Source of the DNA: Bdellovibrionales bacterium
GTDB lineage: Bacteria; Bdellovibrionota; Bdellovibrionia; Bdellovibrionales; JAGQZY01
Reading direction: 5' to 3'
DNA length: 40,002 bases
Assembly: GCA_031426555.1 (NCBI GenBank)
Contig: JANPLN010000034.1
Location: forward strand, 1-40,002
Shown here: positions 33,557 through 40,002 of the stretch, in pieces
How positions within the stretch are numbered: the stretch's first letter is position 1
How the letters are laid out: the number at the start of each line of letters is the position of its first letter
The notes under the pieces: model-generated
Database searches by the model: none
The model's input: the letters and a program-made list of their open reading frames with translations, nothing else
Told to the model about the DNA's origin: nothing
Made by a program: the position numbers and the translations under genes

Positions 33557-34255
33557 TCAAAATGCAAAGTCGATGGCCCGCTTAAAGTAGTCAGGGACAT
33601 CGGCTTGCACCGTGATGCGCTTTTTGCTAAACGGATGGGTGAACTCAATGCAACGGGAATGTAAAAGAAGATTGGGTCTTGCGGACTTTTCCTTGCCATA
33701 TTTGGCATCTCCCACGATAGGATGACCCAGCTCCGCCATATGCACACGGATTTGGTTTTTTTTACCGGTGAGCAAGTTGATTTTTAACAAACTCACTTGC
33801 TTGTCTTCTTTGATCACAGAGTATTCCGTCATCGCCAATTTACCGCGCTCGATGTCTGTTGTCGAAGAAACAACGTAATCCTCATCTTCCACAAGATAGC
33901 TAGAAATTGTATCGTGTTTCTTTGCCAAATGCCCGCGGACAATGGCGTAGTACGTTTTATGAGTTGTCTTCCAATTGTCTTTCATAAATTCTTGAACTTC
34001 TGGGGTCTTTGCAAACATCAGCACCCCAGAGGTTGCCTGATCCAGACGATGCACAACATAAACCGATTTTTGCGAACGCGCGTTGCCTTTTCGAATGTAC
34101 GAATTCAGGATTCCGTGGATTGTATTTTCTTTTTCCCAAAGAGCGGCCACCGTTAAAAATCCTGCGGCTTTATTCCCAATGATCAAATCCCGGTCTTCAA
34201 ACAGGATTTCGAAGCCTTTGGGACGATATTTTTTTGGAATCTGAGGAATATTCAT
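33557..34255 (-). CDS. RluA-family pseudouridine synthase
   Basis: ILFED, NKAAG, VHRLDQATSG, TGKKNQIRVH, GHPIVGD.KYG, LLH. Confidence 0.92.
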   Translation of the reverse strand: MNIPQIPKKYRPKGFEILFEDRDLIIGNKAAGFLTVAALWEKENTIHGILNSYIRKGNARSQKSVYVVHRLDQATSGVLMFAKTPEVQEFMKDNWKTTHKTYYAIVRGHLAKKHDTISSYLVEDEDYVVSSTTDIERGKLAMTEYSVIKEDKQVSLLKINLLTGKKNQIRVHMAELGHPIVGDAKYGKEKSARPNLLLHSRCIEFTHPFSKKRITVQADVPDYFKRAIDFAF

Positions 34256-34319
34256 GCTTTCTATTCTTACTTTATATAAGTTTTAGTGTATACCCTAAGA
34301 CATAAAAACAGGAGATTTC

Positions 34320-34439
34320 ATGAAAAAAGGAACACGTAAACCCAAAGTTGCCCCGGTAAAAAAAGAGGGTAAACCATCAAAAAAAGGCCCCCAGACGGCA
34401 GAAACACGACCTATTCCTGCGCACTCGGTTCGCAAGTAA
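34320..34439 (+). CDS. 39-aa basic small protein (absent from the ORF track)
   Basis: AGGAG-5nt-ATG; MKKGTRKPKVAPVKKEGKPSKKGPQTAETRPIPAHSVRK; stop lies 2 nt from the convergent gene's stop. Confidence 0.6.
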   Translation: MKKGTRKPKVAPVKKEGKPSKKGPQTAETRPIPAHSVRK

Positions 34440-34441
34440 GT

Positions 34442-35902
34442 TTATAATCCTTTAATCAGCAACACAAAACTCGCCCATTCTGTCGAGACCCCGCCGGCTG
34501 TGAAAATGCCAGTGGCTCCCGCAGTTGGTTGCGGTTTGTCCATGGTGGTTGTTTCCCAAAAAGCGTTATACTCGCGCTCGGTAAACCCCGTGATGACTGA
34601 AGGTCGCGAATACGACGTGCCAAGCGCATAAATGATAGAATTTGTAGATGCTGTACCGCCTAAGTACGTAGCCGTGGTCCCCGTTCCTTGATTGGATGTT
34701 GTCACTGTGATCGGGGCCGCAGTGTCGACGTATCTGTACACTGTAATATTGGAAAACTGATAAAACGTGTCGTTTGATGTGAAGGTGAATTCATAGTACG
34801 AGGCAGCCACATCTCCTGCATCTGCAATCTTCGTATAAATATAACAGTAGGAACCGCTAATAATTTCGAGCGCATGATAGGTCCAACCTACTGGCGGAGT
34901 CACTGCTGTCATATTTAAACCTGATAAAAAAACCACCATCAAATCATTCACAGCAAGTCCGGCTGGTTTATTAATCCGACGCGAAACTAAGGCGTCAGGG
35001 ACGGCTGTTGTGGCATTCGCAGTGATGATATGACTTGGCGCCGTAGGCGTGCAGATGACGCTAAACCTGGTTGCCAGTGAGTCGCAATTGCGTCGAACCT
35101 CTGAGGCGTTGAGCTCGACTTTGTAAACCTTAACAATCCCGAAGGACCCTGCCATATAAAATTGAGTTCCATCCCAGGAGCCGATGTGGAAATTTCCGGT
35201 GGTGTTCGCCATTCCAGTATAGGTTCCAGTGCTTGACGTGGAACCCGCCATCACCGTGCCATTCAAATAGACTTTGATGCCCGCGCCAGTTTCTGAACCA
35301 TCATACGTTACAACGATACGGCTCCAAACCGCAGTAGGTATCGAACTGGTTGTTGTAAAACTGATTCGGTTGCTCGACCAGTTGGTGGTGATAAGATCCA
35401 CCGTGAGTCGCTCGGAGCTGTCTAACCACACAACGTACTCACCGGCGTTGGCCGCACCCATTTTGCTAACGATGGCTATGTTGGCTGCAGCGTCTGTGAC
35501 ATTGGTCCAAACATCCAACGAAAACGGCCGATCAGCTCCACTGCCGTTTGTAAAAGAGAGATTTGCATGATCACTCACGGTGATTGTGTCGTTGGTGGAG
35601 TCCTTGGTTAAACGATTGGGAGTGTTGAGCCAGCCCGTTGTGGTGCAGGTGTCAAAGTTGGCCAGAGTCGCGCTCTGCAAACTTTTTTGATCATACCAAG
35701 TTGTGTTGCTGGCGCAGCCAGTGCCTGCCGTGTAGGCGGCATTCATATTCACATTGGCCTTGGCGGCATCGAAATGCACGACAAGATCTGTGAGCTTTAC
35801 ATGGGTGGATTATCTATGGCCGCCGAAGCGGGCTTCGCCATAGGGTAAAAATAAAAAGGTAAAGGTTACGAAAAAAAAAGAAAATCCTAATTTTCTCGCC
35901 AA
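34442..35902 (-). pseudogene. Secreted LamG/concanavalin-like domain protein with in-frame TAA at codon 31
   Basis: TTG 35902 gives MARKLGFSFFFVTFTFLFLPYGEARFGGHR*STHVKLTDLVVHFDAA in frame with ORF 35779-34442; LamG motifs FSLDVW, WSRIVVTYDG, KVYLNG, FHIGS. Confidence 0.6.
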
Positions 35903-38900
35903 ACCATGGATGCATACCATGTTGTCTCTCCGCCTATGATTAAGAACTGATAAATTGTGGTCTCACCGATACCAGCTGCGGGCGCTCCCGCAGTGCCGGT
36001 ATCCCACTTGATCAAATTTCCATTACCGGCCCACGCTAAAGTGCGCGAACCCGAACCATCCTGAACAACACGCACAGTGAGCGTAAACGCTTGATCTGTC
36101 GCTAGTGTACTGATTGTTGGGAGTGTTAAAGTGGTATTCCCGTTGAGCGTAATTCGTCGCACGTTGCGGCTTAAATCCGGAATGGTGTAGGCCGTGCTCG
36201 AGTTGGTGGCAGTGGCTGCGCCCTCGTCCGAGGCCAACACTCTCACCGTTCCTGCGACGTCGAGACGTGTGCCTGGTGCTGTTGTACCGATGCCGACGTT
36301 ACCGTTAGCACCAATTCGCATACGTTCCGAAGTAACCGTTCCCGAGGTCGTTGAGAACCGCATGTAAGAATGTGTGTTATTGTTGGTGTGATCTGCAGCA
36401 GCGTAAATTCCTATAGATTCAACCGGCTGATTGGAATCTAAGCTTCCAACTAATATTTGCCCGAGCGATTCATCAGTCGTTGTTGTCGCATCGTTTCGCC
36501 AGAAACTTAGCTCTGCGCTCAAAGTGTGTAAAACCGAAAGTCGGCCACTGCTGTTCAGACTCAGTCCGTTTGACCCGTTAACCGCTAATCCGATCTCGCC
36601 TGCCGCGGGACTGTATATACCCGTGTCTGAATCTCCGCTGAATGAATAGGAAGGAGTCGCCGCGGTGGTCGTTCCTGGAGAAGAAAGTAAGGGAAAGGTT
36701 CCTCCACTCGGAGTTTGCCAAGTGAGTATCCCAGTCCCATCGGTGCGTAGCACTTGTCCCGAACTTCCAGCAGAGGTGGGAAGCGTTAAAACGTAGCTTG
36801 TGGTGATTGCGTCTGGCGCACGAATCGCTACTGTGTCGGCGCCATTGGCGGCGAGCTCACGCACCAAGAATCGACCTGTTTCTCCTAATCCGATTCCGTA
36901 AGGGCGTGAAGTAATTGATCCCGCAACGTCGAGAAGAGTACTTGGGACTGTAGTTCCAATACCGACACCGCCTGTTTGTTTAACGACGAAACGCGGTAGC
37001 CAGGTAGTTCCTGAATTAACACTGGACGACAATCCAAAGAAAGTTTCGGTTCCGTTATTGTCGCTAAAAACCATTGCCTGACGGTTGGTACCAGCATCGG
37101 AAGTGGCAATGACTTGACCTAAATTAGTCCCAACCGCAACTCCAAGAGAGTAGTTATCGTTGGTTGAGGTCGCTAAGCCAGGAACAACACGAAAATCGAT
37201 ATGCTGGAGAGTACCAACAGGCACGTTGTTCACTTGCAACATTCCATCTGGAACCGTAGTTCCAATCCCCACGTTGCCACTGGCATCGATCACAAACGGC
37301 GTAGTGTCTGTATCCGTGCCGTCGTCATTCACTCTGAGCGAATTCCCCGTCCCTGCATTTGTCAGCATCAATGGCACTGCTGCATTTGATACACCCGTGG
37401 TTGAAACTTTAAGAACGTTGCCCGTGGACGTTGCGCTGTTGAATGAATTGGTTAAATTTAAAAGTGTTCCTGTAGTACCCGAAGTCGTCCCCATGCTCAT
37501 CGCTGTTTGCGTAGAGAGGGTGTCCCAGTTCCAAGCTTGAGCGAAGTTGGCGTTGGCGATCGTATTTACTGCCGTAGCGGCAGTAACACTTGAAAGTGCA
37601 GCTCCACCACTTGGATTTGTCCAACTGAGTACGCCGGATCCATCTGTTGTTAATACTTGGCTCGCACTTCCTGCCGTACCTGGAAGTGTGAGGGAATAAC
37701 TTGTTGCGATAGCATCTGGTGCACGAATTGTCGCTGTCTCTGTTCCACCAGCAGCAAGTTCACGCATAATCAACTGACCGGCTTGGCCTGTGCCTGTTCC
37801 GCTTGGGCGCGAAGTGATCGCACCCGCAACGTCGAGGCGTGTGCCTGGAGTCGTTGTGCCGACACCAACGCTGCCGTCATCTGCAATGCGCATTCTTTCG
37901 AGATCTGCAGCGGAATTCAATTGAGCCGTGAAAAATCGGATGTTTGATCCCTGGGCCGTAGGAGTGAATGCTTGGGCAGAGAATATCTGCATGCCGCCAA
38001 TACCTGGGGTCCAGTTCGTGCCATCGTGACCAGCGGCGGAAAATGACACCAGAAGAGAATCACTTGGAGTGGCGCCAGGGCTGGCGGCCGTGCCAGACGC
38101 ACTCGAGCCGCGGAAGACCGGGTCCGCATTCGCACTCGAGCGGATTTCAAAGCGTTCTTTGTTAACATCACCAACAACCAAGACTGAGGAACTCCCAGCC
38201 GCTAATGTGTTGATATTCGAGTTAATAACGAAAGGCCGATCAGGTACCGTTGTCCCAATCCCCACATTTCCGCTTTGATCAATCACGAAAGGACTTGTAT
38301 CACTCGCCACGTCGTTTACTATAAACGAATTTCCTGTGCCGGAATTTGTGATGGAGAGGACATTGGTACCAGAAGCGGCAATATCAGTACTAGCATCGAG
38401 AGGCATAGTATCGGCAAAATGAGTAAAGGTTAAGCTATCAGGATCCACCGACGCCGAAGGCGTAGTCCAACTGAGAACTCCAGAACCGTTTGTGGTTAAA
38501 ACTTGGCTCGCACTGCCCGCGGTTCCAGGGAGTGTTAACGCATAACTTGTTCCGATGGCGTCCGGCGCCCGAATCGCTACAGTGTCGGTGCCGCCAGCTG
38601 CAAGCTCACGCATCACTAGCTGACCTGTTTCACCTGTGGCGGTGCCAAAGGGTCGCGATGTGATGGCTCCAGCCACGTCAAGTAATGTCACCGCCGAGGT
38701 TGTTCCGATACCGACTCCCCCATCCGCTTCAATGACCATTTTTTCTGTATGGACAATTGATCCCGCTGGAGTGGTCAAAAATTGAATTTTTGTAGGTAAA
38801 TTATTCGACGAGTGGTTTCCATCTGCAGCCATTATAATTCTTGTCACAGCTTCCATACTCGATGGAGTGGAAATAAGGCTAGTTCCGTTATAGACAGTGC

Positions 38901-40002
38901 CAATAAAATCTCCTAAATAATCGCCACTTTGTAAGTACCCACCCGTCACTCTCTGTCTTGCCAACACAATAGAAGGTCCAGATGTTGCTGGGTCACGCCT
39001 TCCGATTAGAGTTATATCATCGTCAGTCCCACTCACATTATCATTCACCACAGTGACTCTTGCCAAGGGACTCGTCGTTCCTAAACCCATGTATCCACTC
39101 GCATCAATCACAAAAGGCGTTGTATCTCCAGTGGCATCGTTCACTCGAAAGGAAACTCCAGTTCCTGAGTTTGTAATTGAGAGAACATTTGTGCCGGAGG
39201 CCGCGATATCAGTGGATGCATCAAGAGTCATTGTGTCGCTGAACTTATCAAAATTTAAACTGTCGTCCGCCACTGCCGTAGCGGCAGTGATCCAGCTTAA
39301 AACTCCTGCACCACTTGTTTGTAGCACTTGTCCCGAACTTCCATCGGCTGCAGGCAGAGCCCAGATCACTCCGGTTGTTACATCGTCAGGCGCACGGAAT
39401 CCAACTTGGGCCGTACCGTTGGCTGCCAGTTCCGTAAAAGCAATGGAACCGCCGTCGCTGGCTGCAACACCTTTTGGATTCATCGTCAGCCGGCCCGTCA
39501 TTGTATCGCCGGCCTTGGCCACTTTTTCGGTGTCGAGTTCGTTGATCGCTGTCTGCGCCGTGGTGGCGGCAATGGTTCCCGCAGGCGTGTTTGGAATAGT
39601 TCCTAAATCTAAATTGGCTTCAGCCACGTTGATGTCGATCTCGTTGTTGGCCGCATCGAGAGCCACGCTGATTTTGTTGCTGGCGGCGTTGATGTTTCTG
39701 AATTCCAAATCAAAAGTAGTTTTTTGTTTAAATACGCCTACACCACCAGCGCCTTGATTGCTGGCCGTGTTGGTTTCGCCAACTGAGGGCGTGACCCATG
39801 CAAGAACTCCGTTACCATCGGTTTGCAAATATTGACCGCTGTTTCCATCGTCTGCCGGGAGAGTTAGCGTATAATTTGCGCCCAACGTCGTCAGAGCTTT
39901 GATCGATACATAGTTGGCCCCGCTGCCATCGGCTTCGGAAAGTCGTAATTCTTGTTCATTATCGATATTAAGCGCGCCGGTCATGGTGTCGCCGGCTTTT
40001 GC
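35887..40002 (-). CDS. Phage-tail-fibre-like repetitive adhesin, 5' end outside the window
   Basis: Frame open to the window edge (AKAGDTMTG); repeated GNVGIGTT.P..L.V.G and Y.LTLP..G..QVL.T.G.G.L.W units; C-terminal VQDGSGSRTLAW domain. Confidence 0.85.
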   Translation of the reverse strand, partial: AKAGDTMTGALNIDNEQELRLSEADGSGANYVSIKALTTLGANYTLTLPADDGNSGQYLQTDGNGVLAWVTPSVGETNTASNQGAGGVGVFKQKTTFDLEFRNINAASNKISVALDAANNEIDINVAEANLDLGTIPNTPAGTIAATTAQTAINELDTEKVAKAGDTMTGRLTMNPKGVAASDGGSIAFTELAANGTAQVGFRAPDDVTTGVIWALPAADGSSGQVLQTSGAGVLSWITAATAVADDSLNFDKFSDTMTLDASTDIAASGTNVLSITNSGTGVSFRVNDATGDTTPFVIDASGYMGLGTTSPLARVTVVNDNVSGTDDDITLIGRRDPATSGPSIVLARQRVTGGYLQSGDYLGDFIGTVYNGTSLISTPSSMEAVTRIIMAADGNHSSNNLPTKIQFLTTPAGSIVHTEKMVIEADGGVGIGTTSAVTLLDVAGAITSRPFGTATGETGQLVMRELAAGGTDTVAIRAPDAIGTSYALTLPGTAGSASQVLTTNGSGVLSWTTPSASVDPDSLTFTHFADTMPLDASTDIAASGTNVLSITNSGTGNSFIVNDVASDTSPFVIDQSGNVGIGTTVPDRPFVINSNINTLAAGSSSVLVVGDVNKERFEIRSSANADPVFRGSSASGTAASPGATPSDSLLVSFSAAGHDGTNWTPGIGGMQIFSAQAFTPTAQGSNIRFFTAQLNSAADLERMRIADDGSVGVGTTTPGTRLDVAGAITSRPSGTGTGQAGQLIMRELAAGGTETATIRAPDAIATSYSLTLPGTAGSASQVLTTDGSGVLSWTNPSGGAALSSVTAATAVNTIANANFAQAWNWDTLSTQTAMSMGTTSGTTGTLLNLTNSFNSATSTGNVLKVSTTGVSNAAVPLMLTNAGTGNSLRVNDDGTDTDTTPFVIDASGNVGIGTTVPDGMLQVNNVPVGTLQHIDFRVVPGLATSTNDNYSLGVAVGTNLGQVIATSDAGTNRQAMVFSDNNGTETFFGLSSSVNSGTTWLPRFVVKQTGGVGIGTTVPSTLLDVAGSITSRPYGIGLGETGRFLVRELAANGADTVAIRAPDAITTSYVLTLPTSAGSSGQVLRTDGTGILTWQTPSGGTFPLLSSPGTTTAATPSYSFSGDSDTGIYSPAAGEIGLAVNGSNGLSLNSSGRLSVLHTLSAELSFWRNDATTTTDESLGQILVGSLDSNQPVESIGIYAAADHTNNNTHSYMRFSTTSGTVTSERMRIGANGNVGIGTTAPGTRLDVAGTVRVLASDEGAATATNSSTAYTIPDLSRNVRRITLNGNTTLTLPTISTLATDQAFTLTVRVVQDGSGSRTLAWAGNGNLIKWDTGTAGAPAAGIGETTIYQFLIIGGETTWYASMVWREN

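Noticed and set aside
35810..35812. Genome-wide stop-codon reassignment or selenocysteine/pyrrolysine recoding
   Set aside because: The codon is TAA, which terminates many genes in this window; Sec and Pyl use TGA and TAG
39053..39757. 234-aa plus-strand ORF and other antisense ORFs in the track
   Set aside because: Shadow frames of real genes with biased Gly/Thr/Ala codons; no motifs or SD
34442..40002. Prophage tail region
   Set aside because: No capsid, terminase, baseplate or integrase genes in the window; a cellular fibre adhesin fits better, though sequence beyond the edge is unseen

Overview
A 40 kb bacterial chromosomal segment, most likely from Bdellovibrionota (inferred from a QNC-type lipoprotein signal, a phage-fibre-like adhesin, and HNH and Y1-transposase families I recall from that phylum). 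Housekeeping genes: folB, a folK-folP fusion, folC, fadD, an M17 aminopeptidase, infA-tyrS-GT2, cysS, tRNA-Cys, slyX, two RluA-family synthases and katE. These are interleaved with envelope and secreted genes: four beta-barrels, a subtilase, a VWA/MIDAS lipoprotein, a cytochrome-c/DUF1592 plus DUF1552 pair, a LamG protein and a fibre adhesin of more than 1370 aa cut by the window edge. The most notable observations are: (1) a hybrid kinase with an ETR1-type ethylene-binding domain; (2) at least five genes with sigma70 promoters placed so that the mRNA would be leaderless; (3) an HNH gene directly followed by an 8-bp tandem array; (4) an internally deleted Y1/RAYT-like transposase with candidate REP-like palindromes; (5) an S4 domain / slyX / RluA arrangement resembling a split RluC/RluD; (6) an in-frame TAA separating the LamG protein from its signal peptide; (7) an A53:U61 pair in tRNA-Cys; (8) a 39-aa basic small ORF absent from the ORF track. 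No CRISPR array, rRNA or integrase was seen. All family calls come from motif recognition by eye; no searches were run.
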